Assembly: GCA_018400295.1 (NCBI GenBank)
Contig: JAGYMZ010000001.1
Coordinates: 70,049 to 134,048, forward strand
DNA: 64,000 nucleotides
Direction: 5' to 3'
From: Bacteroidales bacterium
GTDB lineage: Bacteria; Bacteroidota; Bacteroidia; Bacteroidales; B18-G4
The notes beneath the pieces are model-generated. The model made no database searches, was not told the DNA's origin, and was given only the letters and a program-made list of their open reading frames with translations. How positions within the stretch are numbered: the stretch's first letter is position 1; every line of letters begins with the position of its first letter. The translations under genes and the position numbers were made by a program. This document shows, one piece after another, positions 19,358-29,898 of this stretch.

Positions 19358-20218
19358 ATGAGATCAGCAACGAGATTAATCATCCTGTTTTTATTGATCA
19401 CCGCCGGCAATAATTGGTTTTTGCAGGCCCAGGCCCAGGAGGTCCGGGCAGATTTGATCTGGGAAACTCCAAGGGTGTTTCAGACACCTGAATCTGTGCT
19501 CTATGATGCAGGTTATGATGTTATGTATGTTTCCAATATAAATGGAGATCCTGCTGCCAGGGATGGGAATGGATTTATCTCCCGGTTGAGTGTGCATGGG
19601 GATGTTGAAGTGCTGAAATGGATCCGGGGGCTCAATGCCCCCAAGGGTATGGGTAAGATCGGGGATGTGTTATATGTCTCCGATATTGATGTACTGGTGG
19701 AAATTGATATCCCATCTCAAAAAATATTGAACCGGCATGCTGCAGATGATGCGGTTTTTCTGAATGATATTACCACAGATCGAAATGGAAATGTCTATAT
19801 TTCCGACAGTCAAAGCAACAAAATTTACCGCTTTGATGGCATGAACATGGAATTGTATTTTGATGATCCGGTACTCGACCATCCCAATGGTTTGTTTTGC
19901 AGGGATGATTTGCTGTACGTTGGCTGCAAAGACAAGATATTAAAAATCAATCTTATAGACAGGGGCTATAAGGAGGTCATGCATGGATTGGGCACCATTG
20001 ACGGATTGAATGTTGACGGGACCGGAAATTTTATCGTTTCCGACTGGAGGGGAAAGGTACAGTACGTTGTCCCCCCTGATACCAGGATCCTGTTGTTTGA
20101 CACTTCTGCGGAAAGTATCCGGGCAGCGGATATTTGGTTTGAAACTGCATTGCAAATGCTGTATGTTCCCACCTTTAGCGATGGGAGGGTGATGGCCTAT
20201 AAAATATCCCGGGATTAA
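19358..20218 (+). CDS. Secreted beta-propeller protein (SMP-30/gluconolactonase/NHL-like)
   Basis: Signal peptide ending LQAQAQE. Repeated blade-like motifs (VMYVSN, VLYVSD, NVYISDS, LLYVGC, NFIVSD). Confidence 0.5.
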   Translation: MRSATRLIILFLLITAGNNWFLQAQAQEVRADLIWETPRVFQTPESVLYDAGYDVMYVSNINGDPAARDGNGFISRLSVHGDVEVLKWIRGLNAPKGMGKIGDVLYVSDIDVLVEIDIPSQKILNRHAADDAVFLNDITTDRNGNVYISDSQSNKIYRFDGMNMELYFDDPVLDHPNGLFCRDDLLYVGCKDKILKINLIDRGYKEVMHGLGTIDGLNVDGTGNFIVSDWRGKVQYVVPPDTRILLFDTSAESIRAADIWFETALQMLYVPTFSDGRVMAYKISRD

Positions 20219-20273
20219 GATTTCGGGTTGAACGAAATACCCCTTTGCCGTGGGGCATCATGGGGCCGATGGA

Positions 20274-22367
20274 CTATTTCAGCCATTTGTCCAGCCAATG
20301 GAAAAAGGTGCGTTGCCACAGGATCCCGTTTTGCGGGGTCAGGACCCAATGGTTTTCATCCGGAAAATAAAGGAACTCTGCCGGTATCCCTCTTATTATG
20401 GCCGCATTGAATGCACTCATTCCCTGGGTATACGTTATTCTGTAATCCTTTTCACCATGAATGATCAATATGGGGGTATCCCATTTATGGACAAATTTAT
20501 GTGGGGAATTGGCATAGGATTTTTGGGCGGTAGGATTGTCAAAATCCCAGAAAGGTCCGCCCAGGTCCCAGTTTACGAACCATAATTCCTCGGTTTCAAG
20601 ATATTGTGCTTCCAGGTTAAACATGCCATCGTGAGCGATGAATGCCTTAAATCGGCCATTGTGATTGCCGGCCAGCCAGAACACTGAAAACCCGCCATAA
20701 CTGGCACCCACGGCTCCGAGGTTGTTTTCATCCACGTAAGGTTCTTTTGACATTTCATCGATGGCGCTAAAATAATCCTTCATATTCTGACCTCCGTAAT
20801 CCCCGGAGATCTGTTCGTTCCATTCCTGTCCAAACCCCGGCAATCCTCTCCGGTTGGGTGCGGCTACGATGTAGCCATTGGCTGCCATCATTTGAAAATT
20901 CCAACGGTAGGACCAAAACTGGCTTACCATGCTTTGAGGACCACCCTGGCAATAAAGCAATGTCGGGTATTTCTTGCCGGGATCAAAATGCGGTGGATAA
21001 ATGATCCAGGTCAGCATATCTTTATTGTCTGTGGTCTTGATCCATCTTTTTTCAACATTCCCCATTGTCAGTTGATCCAGGATGTGGCCATTGATAGTTG
21101 TCAGTTGTTTGCTTTTCCTGTTATCCGGATCCACCGCAAAGATTTCCGTTGGCATGGACATGGATTGTTTTGCGGCAATTAATTTGCTGCCGGCACGTGT
21201 TACCGAAACGTAATTATGAATGCCATCGGTCAATTTGGTCACAGAACCTTTTTCCGTATGAAGGGAATATATTTCCTGGGTGCCGTGCCATTCACTGATG
21301 AAATGTAGCGATTTTCCATCGCCTGACCACGACAATCCATGCACATTCTGGTCAAAATCCCTGGAATGGTCCGTATATAAATCTTTGTTAAAATCATAGA
21401 CAAACAGACGGTTTTTGTCGGATTCGTACCCGTCCCTTTCCATGCTTTCCCAGGCCAGCTTACTGCCATCCGGGGAAAATACAGGGGCGGTGTCAAATCC
21501 CATCATGCCCTCGGTCAGGTTCCAGGTAGTATCCTTGGCAATGTTGTATACATAAATGTCGGAATTGGTGGACCGTGAGTATTCCAGACCCTGCATTTTT
21601 TTAGCCGTGTATGCAATCAGATTATTTCCGGGGCCCCATGTTATTTGTTCCATACCGCCGAACGGGCTGAGGGGTGATCCCCAGGGTTCCCCTTTCATAA
21701 TATCCCGGGATCCGGAAAGACTGTTTCCGTTGTAATCGGCTATAAAAATATGGCTGTATGAATCTACCCAGTGATCCCAATGTCTGTACATCAAATCATT
21801 CATTATCCTTCCGGAAGCTTTGGGCAATCCTTGATATAAGTCCTCATGGGGTTTTTTGATCAATACTTCTTTGGTATACAGAATTTTGCTCAGATCCGAT
21901 GCATAGCTGAACCCGGATATTCCATCCCGGATCCTGGAAATTTGTTTTTTGTTTTTTCCCTCCGGGCTGATTTCCCAGAGCTGCACCGAACCCGATTCAG
22001 GTGATAAAAACCCAATTCCGGAACCATCGGGTTTCCAACGTGCATTATACTCGCTGAAAGGGGTGTATGTTAGCCGCTTAAAACCGGAACCATCCGTTTG
22101 GATGATATAAAGCTCACGGTTTCCCTTGTTGGATCCAATGTCATAGTAGGTGATCCCAAAAAGTATTGTCTTCGTGTCCGGTGAAACCTGGATGTCGCTG
22201 ATCCTGCCAAAGGACCACAGTACCTCCGGGGACATGAGATCACTTTCCAGGTGGATCTCTTTTTTTGCAAAAGCCTTTTGTTCTTCATCCCCGTCATATC
22301 CTGCACATGAAAACATGAAGGGAGTGGCGACTGCTGTGATCATGAGTGCATGGTAAATTTTTTTCAT
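20274..22367 (-). CDS. S9 family serine peptidase (prolyl oligopeptidase / acylaminoacyl peptidase type), lipoprotein
   Basis: Lipobox MFSCAG, N-terminal propeller repeats, nucleophile elbow GASYGGF, C-terminal HGEKDYRI and ENHW (Asp/His). Confidence 0.85.
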   Translation of the reverse strand: MKKIYHALMITAVATPFMFSCAGYDGDEEQKAFAKKEIHLESDLMSPEVLWSFGRISDIQVSPDTKTILFGITYYDIGSNKGNRELYIIQTDGSGFKRLTYTPFSEYNARWKPDGSGIGFLSPESGSVQLWEISPEGKNKKQISRIRDGISGFSYASDLSKILYTKEVLIKKPHEDLYQGLPKASGRIMNDLMYRHWDHWVDSYSHIFIADYNGNSLSGSRDIMKGEPWGSPLSPFGGMEQITWGPGNNLIAYTAKKMQGLEYSRSTNSDIYVYNIAKDTTWNLTEGMMGFDTAPVFSPDGSKLAWESMERDGYESDKNRLFVYDFNKDLYTDHSRDFDQNVHGLSWSGDGKSLHFISEWHGTQEIYSLHTEKGSVTKLTDGIHNYVSVTRAGSKLIAAKQSMSMPTEIFAVDPDNRKSKQLTTINGHILDQLTMGNVEKRWIKTTDNKDMLTWIIYPPHFDPGKKYPTLLYCQGGPQSMVSQFWSYRWNFQMMAANGYIVAAPNRRGLPGFGQEWNEQISGDYGGQNMKDYFSAIDEMSKEPYVDENNLGAVGASYGGFSVFWLAGNHNGRFKAFIAHDGMFNLEAQYLETEELWFVNWDLGGPFWDFDNPTAQKSYANSPHKFVHKWDTPILIIHGEKDYRITYTQGMSAFNAAIIRGIPAEFLYFPDENHWVLTPQNGILWQRTFFHWLDKWLK

Positions 22368-22509
22368 CTTTTATTATTTTATGGTAGGTAAAGATCTGAA
22401 AAGAAAGCGTAACTTCAAAGCACATCTTCAAAACACATACGCTTGTGTTTGTCAACACGGGGTTGTTAAATATTTGGTATTGAAAAAACCTGTGCGTTAA
22501 TAAATTCGG

Positions 22510-22517
22510 TAAATTTG
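22510..22517 (+). promoter_or_regulatory. -7 promoter box TAAATTTG
   Basis: Matches TAnnTTTG, 65 nt upstream of ATG 22582. Confidence 0.35.
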
Positions 22518-22581
22518 TCTGACATTGAAAGGCTTTTATTTCTTTATCCCTGCATACGAGCCAAATGGATAATTTTTGTTT

Positions 22582-25506
22582 ATGAAGAATGTTGCACCCA
22601 ATATTAAATACAGGATATTTTTTATTCTGGGGATCATGTTGGTTTTATTCATAGGTGGCTATTTTATCATGAAAAAGATAGAGGCGGAAAGGCATCAATG
22701 GTTGTATGAGGAACAAAAAATAAAATACTTTGACGTTCAGGAAAAGATCTTATCCATCAAAGGTGCCCCTTTTAAAAATCTGGTCGAAAAGATCTATACC
22801 CTTTGGGGGGATATGATCCATTTCATTAACGAACCGGATTCTGCTTTTGCATACGACAACTTTGATATTCTTGTGACCAGGTACGATTATGATGTGTTTT
22901 ATATATTCGATGAGGATTTTACGTTGCTGTATTCCCGAAATGCATTGCTGGATGGAGCCCTTGACAGCTTTCCTATCTCTGTCCAACAGATCCGTAGAAA
23001 AATGAGCAGTACGTTCAATATTCATTTTTTTTACCAATCATCCAGAGGGTTGCTTGAAATTAGGGGTGCAACAATTAATCATCCATCGGATGACTCGCGT
23101 GTTGATAAGGCCAGGGGGTACTTCTTCGCGGGGAGGCTTTGGGATGAGCGGTTTATAAGAACGCTTGAGGATGCCTCAAACAGCGAGGTCATCCTTCACC
23201 AGAATTATGAACTGACGGGCAGGGATATGCAGGGGGATATGTACCTGATATCTGTGGTCAAAGCCGTTTATGATTGGAAAGGGGATGAGATCGGACAGAT
23301 CGAATTCGTATATGAGGAACCGTTGATCAAGAAGTTTAATTATTTTGCGAATAATTTATTCCTGTTATATCTGGTCCTGGCCATCCTGCTCTTTTTTATC
23401 GTGGCCGTGATGATCAACTGGTGGTTATATCATCCGTTGAAAATCCTTTCCGATACCCTCATCAGCAATGATCACCGGCCGCTTGATCGCATGACTGAAA
23501 AGAATGATGAATTTGGCCGGCTGGCCATGCTCATCAAGAATTTTTTCAATCAAAAATCGAAACTGGAAAAGGAGATCCTGCAGCGCGAGATGACGGAAGA
23601 GACGTTAAAAAAGAGTGAAGAACGGTTTCGTGCACTCATACGGCACTTGCCGGATTATGTTGTGTTGCATCAGGATGGCAGGATCATTTATGTCAATGAT
23701 TCGACCTGTAAAAAACTAAAGCGGAGTAAGGAAGCGCTTATTGGCAGCAATACACTGGATCATGTGGTTGATGTGGACCGGGATAAGGTTGTTGAATCAC
23801 TGGAGAAACGGCTTAGCGGACAGGAAGTCAAGGATTATGAAATTAAACTGCTCGATGCACAAGGCGTTAAACACGATGTGATCGTCCGGTCGTCTGTGAT
23901 CTCTTTTGGAGAGAAACCGGCCGTACTTACGGTACTGGTGGATATTACCGAGAGGAAACGCTTTGAGCGCGAGATCATACGGAGCCGCGCACGTTTGAAT
24001 GCTATTTTGGATAATTTGCCATACAAAGCCTGGCTTAAGGATGTCAAAGGCGAATATATTGCTGTGAACCGACCTTTTTCACGTTATTTTGGAATGGAGC
24101 CGGAGGAGATCATCGGATTGACGGATTATGATATTTGCCCCAACGATGTTGCCCGTTCTTTCGAAAAACAGGATCAGCGTGTTGTTGAAACCCGTAATCA
24201 GCTATTTTATGAGGATAAACAGCCTGATCTTACGGAAGGGGAATGGTATGAGACATTTAAATCGCCCATATTTGATGATGATGGCAATGTGATCGGAATT
24301 ACGGGAATTGCCCGGGATATTACGGAATTGAAGACAAAACAATTTGAACTGATCAGGGCCAAAGAGGATGCCGATGCTGCCAATCTGGCCAAACAACAGT
24401 TCCTGTCCACGATGAGCCATGAAATGAGGACACCACTGAATGCCATCATTGGAATCACGAACCTGCTTATTGAAGAAGATCCGAACCCGGAACAGATAGA
24501 TAACCTCAAGACACTGAATTTTTCTGCGGATCATTTGCTGTCGTTAATTAGCGATATCCTTGACTTTTCCAAAATCGAAGCCGGTAAAATTGATTTTGAG
24601 ACCTCGGATTTCAATCTTCATGAACTGGTCAATAGTATCCAGAAAACGTTTTCCATTAAAGCCGCTGAAAAAGGGTTGAAAGTGGAAGTGGCGCTGGACA
24701 GGGATGTACCTGTAAGTCTGAATGGCGATTATGTTCGCCTGAATCAAATAATCACCAACCTGGTTGGCAATTCTGTAAAATTCACGGAAGAAGGTGGCAT
24801 TTACATTCATGTCTCAATGAAAAAAAAGACCAGGGACGCCTTAACACTGCAGTTTAAAGTTGAGGATACCGGCATTGGGATTTCGGCAGACAAATTGCAG
24901 GATATTTTTGACCCATTTGTTCAGGCCGGCAGGTCATATACCATGAACATGGGAGGCACCGGACTTGGATTGGCCATTACGAAAAAGCTGGTTGAGTTGC
25001 AGGATGGAAAAATATCGGTAGAAAGCAAAGAGGGGAAAGGGTCGGTTTTTACGTTCTGTCTTCCATACAAACCTGGAAAATCGGATGTCGGCGATAAAAA
25101 AGACAAACCCAGTGAGAAGGCCCTGGGGTCCCTCAGGAATATCAGGATATTATTGGTTGAAGATAATATCATCAACCAGGTAATTGCGAGCAAGTATCTG
25201 ATGAAATGGGGGGGCATTGTAGATGAGGCTGAAAACGGACTGGTGGCCGTTGAAAAAGTGAAAAAGTCGACCTATGATGTTGTCCTGATGGATCTGCAAA
25301 TGCCTGAAATGGATGGTTACGATGCAGCGGCTGAGATCCGGAAACTTGATTCCGGAAAAAATAGCATTCCCATTATAGCACTTACAGCATCGGCATTGCT
25401 TGAAGTAAAACAAAAGGTCATGGATGTGGGGATGAACGATTACATCACAAAACCTTTTGATCCGGTTGAATTAAATCATAAGATCCTGAAATACGTTAAC
25501 GAATAA
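22582..25506 (+). CDS. Hybrid sensor histidine kinase (extracytoplasmic sensor, 2 PAS, HisKA, HATPase, REC)
   Basis: Two TM segments flank a domain of about 230 aa. H-box MSHEMRTPLNAIIG, G-box GGTGLGLAITKKL, receiver VVLMDLQMPEMDG. Start at ATG 22582; the track start is a TTG at 22576. Confidence 0.9.
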   Translation: MKNVAPNIKYRIFFILGIMLVLFIGGYFIMKKIEAERHQWLYEEQKIKYFDVQEKILSIKGAPFKNLVEKIYTLWGDMIHFINEPDSAFAYDNFDILVTRYDYDVFYIFDEDFTLLYSRNALLDGALDSFPISVQQIRRKMSSTFNIHFFYQSSRGLLEIRGATINHPSDDSRVDKARGYFFAGRLWDERFIRTLEDASNSEVILHQNYELTGRDMQGDMYLISVVKAVYDWKGDEIGQIEFVYEEPLIKKFNYFANNLFLLYLVLAILLFFIVAVMINWWLYHPLKILSDTLISNDHRPLDRMTEKNDEFGRLAMLIKNFFNQKSKLEKEILQREMTEETLKKSEERFRALIRHLPDYVVLHQDGRIIYVNDSTCKKLKRSKEALIGSNTLDHVVDVDRDKVVESLEKRLSGQEVKDYEIKLLDAQGVKHDVIVRSSVISFGEKPAVLTVLVDITERKRFEREIIRSRARLNAILDNLPYKAWLKDVKGEYIAVNRPFSRYFGMEPEEIIGLTDYDICPNDVARSFEKQDQRVVETRNQLFYEDKQPDLTEGEWYETFKSPIFDDDGNVIGITGIARDITELKTKQFELIRAKEDADAANLAKQQFLSTMSHEMRTPLNAIIGITNLLIEEDPNPEQIDNLKTLNFSADHLLSLISDILDFSKIEAGKIDFETSDFNLHELVNSIQKTFSIKAAEKGLKVEVALDRDVPVSLNGDYVRLNQIITNLVGNSVKFTEEGGIYIHVSMKKKTRDALTLQFKVEDTGIGISADKLQDIFDPFVQAGRSYTMNMGGTGLGLAITKKLVELQDGKISVESKEGKGSVFTFCLPYKPGKSDVGDKKDKPSEKALGSLRNIRILLVEDNIINQVIASKYLMKWGGIVDEAENGLVAVEKVKKSTYDVVLMDLQMPEMDGYDAAAEIRKLDSGKNSIPIIALTASALLEVKQKVMDVGMNDYITKPFDPVELNHKILKYVNE

Positions 25507-25507
25507 A

Positions 25508-28500
25508 ATGGTATTTTCGAATATGCAAATAAAACGGATTTTCTTTATTGCGTTTGCTGGTATCATCCTGTTTGGTTGCTACGCGACAACTGCTCAGTCG
25601 ACAGACAGCCTGATCAATCTCATTGATTCCAGGCATGGCAAAAGCAAGATAAATCTATTGCTGGAGATCTCTGAGGCTTATTTGAATACTTCCGTTGAAA
25701 GTTCCCTGAAATATGCTCAACTGGCGCTTGAAGATGCTAAGGACATTGATTATGAGCAAGGCAAGGCCAAGGCGTATTTTTACATTGGACATGCATACAA
25801 TTTGATGAATACCCATGAATTGGCAATTCATAATTATAAAAGATCCCTGGAACTGTATAATGCAATGAACGACCGGGTAAGCCTGGCCGAGGTGAATGGT
25901 CGTCTTGCCATTGTTTATTATAAGATAAGTGGATATGACGAAGCCCTGAATTATGCAAACAATGCCCTTTCCATCAATCTCCAGATCCAGGATAGCAATA
26001 GGATATCCGATGCATATAATACCCTGGGTTTGATTTACTGGAAGTTGGGCAATCTTGACCGGGCGCTTGAGAATTATTTTTTATCCCTGGATTACAGTGC
26101 GGAGGATAATCACAATACCATAAATAACATTGCCATTATTTATGGCGTGCAAGGCAATTATGAGAAAGCGCTGGCTTATCAGTTCAGGGCCCTGGAGAAA
26201 AGAAGGGAGCTTGGGTTGAATATTGGTGTAGCCGGATCGTTGAATAATGTGGGAATTATTTATAATCGCCTTAACAAACCGGATACTGCCCTGGTATACT
26301 TTTTAGAAGCCCTGAAGATACGACAGGAAATTGGCCAGCCATGGAGATTGGCGGGGGCCTATAATAATGTCGGATCAATATATGAGTCTATGGCGGAATA
26401 TGATACCGCCCTTTACTACTATCGCCGGTCCCTTCAATACAGCAATGAAGCTGAAAATGCCTATGAGTTTGCCAATACCCTTCTTAACATGGGCAATGTT
26501 TTCATGGAGAAGGGGAAATATGACAGTGCCCGGATATACCTTGAGGATGGGGTGTTGCTTTCCGACAGGATACAGGCAATGACATTGCTGCGAAACGGAT
26601 ATTTTAGCCTTTATGATCTTAACGAACGGGTGGGCGACTTTGAAAATGCACTGGAATACTATAAAGTCTACAGCATTGTGAAAGATAGTCTGTATTCTGA
26701 GCAAAGCCGCAATAAAATAGCTGATCTGAGGATAAAGTATGAAACGGAAGAAAAACAGCGTGAAATTGAATTGCTGAGGAAAAACGACAGCATTAAAAAT
26801 CTTAAACTGAGCAGGGAGCGTAATATCCGGTATTTGCTGAGCATTATTATTTTGCTGGTTATTGCCCTGATCATTTTTGTGTACAGCAGGTATGCCGGCA
26901 GAAAGAAAACCAATCGCATGCTGACGGATAAAAATATTCAGATAAATAAGATAAACCGTGATTTGCGAAAATTGAACAGTGAATTGGAGAACCGGGTAAA
27001 AGACCGGACCCGGAATCTTCAGGAAGAAGTCAATGAACGAAAGCAGGCGGAAAATATCCAGCGCATATTGTTCAGGATTGCCCGTGCTGCCAATACCGTT
27101 GCTTCACTGAAGGAACTGGTAGAGGTTGTACGCAAGGAAGTATCAAGGATCCTGGAGCTTAAAAATTTCTATATCGCTCTTTATGAAAGGGAAAGCAACT
27201 CCCTGTCCCTGCCTTATTTTATCGATGAAAAGGATGATTTTACGGATTTTCCCGAAGGGAATTCCCTCACCTGGCTGGTCATTAACAAAAGACAGCTCCT
27301 ATTGCTCAAGCATAACGATATTTTGCAAATGATCAATTCGGGTGAAATTGACCAGATGGGTACTGTTCCCCGGGTTTGGCTTGGTGTGCCGTTATTGTCG
27401 GAAGACCGGATCATAGGCGCATTTGTTGTACAACATTACGATAATGAAAATGCGTTCAGTAACAGGGAAATTACGGTGCTTGAATTCATTGCAGACCAGA
27501 TTGGCATCCTTATTGAAAGGAAATCATCGGAAGATAAGCTAAGGCAAGCCAAAGAGCAAGCCGAAGAATCCGACCGCTTAAAAACGGCTTTTCTGACAAA
27601 TATGTCTCATGAAATACGAACACCGATGAACGCCATTATAGGCTTTTCCAATCTGCTCCTTAAGCCAAAACTTGGAGACGATAAAAAGAATGAATACCTG
27701 AATATCATCAAAAGCAATACTTCGGCCTTATTGAAGATCATCGATGATATCATTGATACGGCAAGGATTGAGGTTGGAGAGATCAGAATGGAGGATGAAA
27801 ACCTGCCTGTAAATAAAATGCTTGAGGAACTAACCATGTTGTTTGCCCAGGAAAAAACCAGACAGGGGAAGCACGATGTTGAACTGAGAATTAAGAAATA
27901 TGTGGATGATGATACCTTCTCTGTGCGGACAGACCCTTACCGGGTGCGTCAGGTAATTACCAATTTGCTTTCGAATGCCTTGAAATTTGTTGAGAAGGGA
28001 TATATTGAAATTGGATATACGATCAAAGGCACTGTGCTGGAATTTTATGTAAAGGATACGGGAATAGGGATTTCGAAAGAGAAACAATTGTTGATCTTTG
28101 ACCGGTTTCGTCAGGCCGAAGAATCCTATACCCGGAAATACGGCGGGACAGGACTCGGGCTTTCTATTTCGAAAAGCCTGGTTCGCATGCTTGGCGGGGA
28201 TATGTGGGTGGAATCAAGGGTCAATGAAGGTTCGACCTTCTTTTTTACCATTGCATATCATCCAGTTGACCACCGTTCCGTTGAAAACGACGATCCTAAA
28301 AAAGCTGTTGGGAATGTTGAATATGACTGGCAGGATAAAACTTTTCTGGTGGCTGAAGATGTGAAGTCAAACTTTGAACTGGTAAAAGAACTCCTGGAAA
28401 TTACAGCAGCCAGGATACTATGGGTCAAGGATGGCCTGGAGGCAATCAGGATGTGCGAGCAAAATGAATCCATCGACTTGGTGATCATGGACATCAGTAT

Positions 28501-28696
28501 GCCAAAACTGGATGGGTTGTCGGCTGCGATCGAGATCAAGAAAAACCGCCCGGAGCTTCCCATCATAGCGGTTACCGCATTTGCCCGAAATGAAGAAAAG
28601 GAGAAATTTTTAAAATCCGGTTGTGATGATTATATTGCCAAACCGGTAAATGAAGATGAATTGCTGCAATCAATTTACCGTTTCCTGAATTCATAA
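25508..28696 (+). CDS. Hybrid sensor histidine kinase with periplasmic TPR array, TM, coiled coil, GAF, HisKA, HATPase, REC
   Basis: Signal peptide, then repeated TPR-like A..Y...L modules. TM LLSIIILLVIALIIFVY. GAF-like block ending GAFVVQHYDN. H-box MSHEIRTPMNAIIG, GGTGLGLSISK, receiver LVIMDISMPKLDG. Starts 1 nt after the preceding kinase stop. Confidence 0.9.
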   Translation: MVFSNMQIKRIFFIAFAGIILFGCYATTAQSTDSLINLIDSRHGKSKINLLLEISEAYLNTSVESSLKYAQLALEDAKDIDYEQGKAKAYFYIGHAYNLMNTHELAIHNYKRSLELYNAMNDRVSLAEVNGRLAIVYYKISGYDEALNYANNALSINLQIQDSNRISDAYNTLGLIYWKLGNLDRALENYFLSLDYSAEDNHNTINNIAIIYGVQGNYEKALAYQFRALEKRRELGLNIGVAGSLNNVGIIYNRLNKPDTALVYFLEALKIRQEIGQPWRLAGAYNNVGSIYESMAEYDTALYYYRRSLQYSNEAENAYEFANTLLNMGNVFMEKGKYDSARIYLEDGVLLSDRIQAMTLLRNGYFSLYDLNERVGDFENALEYYKVYSIVKDSLYSEQSRNKIADLRIKYETEEKQREIELLRKNDSIKNLKLSRERNIRYLLSIIILLVIALIIFVYSRYAGRKKTNRMLTDKNIQINKINRDLRKLNSELENRVKDRTRNLQEEVNERKQAENIQRILFRIARAANTVASLKELVEVVRKEVSRILELKNFYIALYERESNSLSLPYFIDEKDDFTDFPEGNSLTWLVINKRQLLLLKHNDILQMINSGEIDQMGTVPRVWLGVPLLSEDRIIGAFVVQHYDNENAFSNREITVLEFIADQIGILIERKSSEDKLRQAKEQAEESDRLKTAFLTNMSHEIRTPMNAIIGFSNLLLKPKLGDDKKNEYLNIIKSNTSALLKIIDDIIDTARIEVGEIRMEDENLPVNKMLEELTMLFAQEKTRQGKHDVELRIKKYVDDDTFSVRTDPYRVRQVITNLLSNALKFVEKGYIEIGYTIKGTVLEFYVKDTGIGISKEKQLLIFDRFRQAEESYTRKYGGTGLGLSISKSLVRMLGGDMWVESRVNEGSTFFFTIAYHPVDHRSVENDDPKKAVGNVEYDWQDKTFLVAEDVKSNFELVKELLEITAARILWVKDGLEAIRMCEQNESIDLVIMDISMPKLDGLSAAIEIKKNRPELPIIAVTAFARNEEKEKFLKSGCDDYIAKPVNEDELLQSIYRFLNS

Positions 28697-28758
28697 GATG
28701 AAGAATGGAACTGAGATCAATATAAAAAATGCATTATTAACCATCAAATCTGTATTTT

Positions 28759-29535
28759 ATGAAAAAAACAGTTTTTATCCTTTTTTTGCTTCTTTTTCTG
28801 GGCTTCTCCGCTTTTGCCCAGTATCAAAAAAACAGCTGGATGTTTTCCGGTTCGGTGTTTGTCAACCTGGGGGGATTGAATATTGAAACCCGGTATCCTG
28901 GTCCTCCTGCATCCACGAAGGAAATAAACCTCATTGCGGGTGATGTCCTTGTCGGAACAAGGAACACCTTTTTTGTAATAGAAAATTTGGGTGTTGGCCT
29001 GGACATTCAAACGGATATTATAGGAGATGGCTGGGAGCCCACAGGAGATTATGCGTCTGATTTTACGTATCAGTACAACGGTCAGGATTTAGCGGTCGAT
29101 GATTATAAGGAATCCCTTGGAAGCAGCAGTGTATTTATCGGCCCGCTGGTCCGTTATTACATCCCGATTGGAAAAATTGTGGCCATTTATCCCGAAGCAT
29201 CTTTTGGGTATCGCTTGTACGGGGAGATCGATTATATTTCCGGAAAGGCCGAATTTGACCCTGCCAAAGGAAAGCAAAAGTTTGAATATCGCAAGTACAC
29301 CAAAGCCGGTGGTTTTGGATACAATCTCGGAGCCGGCATTGCTTTCCGGTTGTCTGAACAATTTGCTCTTGATGTATCTGCCCGTCACGGAGGTGGTATG
29401 ATCAAGGGTGACACACAGGATGATTCTGACTACCCGGAATCGGCTGCCTATACCAAAATGGAAACGTACGATACCGATGTTAAATTCGGGACCATTGATC
29501 TGATGATTGGATTTCAGATCTATATTGGGAATTGA
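28759..29535 (+). CDS. Outer-membrane beta-barrel protein (OmpA-like/porin-family small barrel)
   Basis: Signal peptide FSAFAQ, alternating hydrophobic beta-strand pattern, C-terminal strand DLMIGFQIYIGN. Confidence 0.6.
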   Translation: MKKTVFILFLLLFLGFSAFAQYQKNSWMFSGSVFVNLGGLNIETRYPGPPASTKEINLIAGDVLVGTRNTFFVIENLGVGLDIQTDIIGDGWEPTGDYASDFTYQYNGQDLAVDDYKESLGSSSVFIGPLVRYYIPIGKIVAIYPEASFGYRLYGEIDYISGKAEFDPAKGKQKFEYRKYTKAGGFGYNLGAGIAFRLSEQFALDVSARHGGGMIKGDTQDDSDYPESAAYTKMETYDTDVKFGTIDLMIGFQIYIGN

Positions 29536-29634
29536 ACGGATTGAGCATACAAAGGGGTTCGGTGAAATGCTTGCAGGATGAAATATAGCGGTCATGCCAC
29601 CGAGTTTGTCACGGTTTTGTTGTCATTATAAAAG

Positions 29635-29671
29635 AAAAAGCCTGTCTATCAACAGATAAACAGGCTTTTTT
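29635..29671. terminator. Bidirectional rho-independent terminator
   Basis: AAAAAGCCTGT ... ACAGGCTTTTTT. The stem GCCTGT/ACAGGC is flanked by an A tract and a T tract. It sits between the barrel gene (+) and the tRNA (-). Confidence 0.7.
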
Positions 29672-29672
29672 G

Positions 29673-29746
29673 TAGCGAGGGCGGGAATTGAACCCGCGGC
29701 CTCCGGGTTATGAATCCGACGCTCTAACCAACTGAGCTACCTCGCC
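29673..29746 (-). tRNA. tRNA with anticodon CAT (elongator Met, or Ile2 if lysidinylated)
   Basis: Manual fold of GGCGAGGTAGCTCAGTTGGTTAGAGCGTCGGATTCATAACCCGGAGGCCGCGGGTTCAATTCCCGCCCTCGCTA:
- 7-bp acceptor stem
- D arm GCTC/GAGC
- anticodon loop TTCATAA
- T arm GCGGG/CCCGC with TTCAATT loop
- CCA not encoded. Confidence 0.85.
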
Positions 29747-29824
29747 GGGTGCAAAAAGCTGACCAAAACGGAACCCGTGCCTGACTTGTTAAATCAGGCA
29801 CACTGCCACGTTTGTTCAGGGGTG

Positions 29825-29832
29825 CAAAGATA
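29825..29832 (-). promoter_or_regulatory. -7 promoter box TATCTTTG upstream of the tRNA
   Basis: Plus-strand caaagata, about 80 nt upstream of the mature tRNA 5' end. The leader contains the hairpin GTGCCTGA/TCAGGCAC (29777-29801). Confidence 0.3.
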
Positions 29833-29898
29833 TAAAAATTTATAAAATGTTCACCTCACCGCGCGTAAAAACATAAGTGTTTTACCAATTACGCCGGA

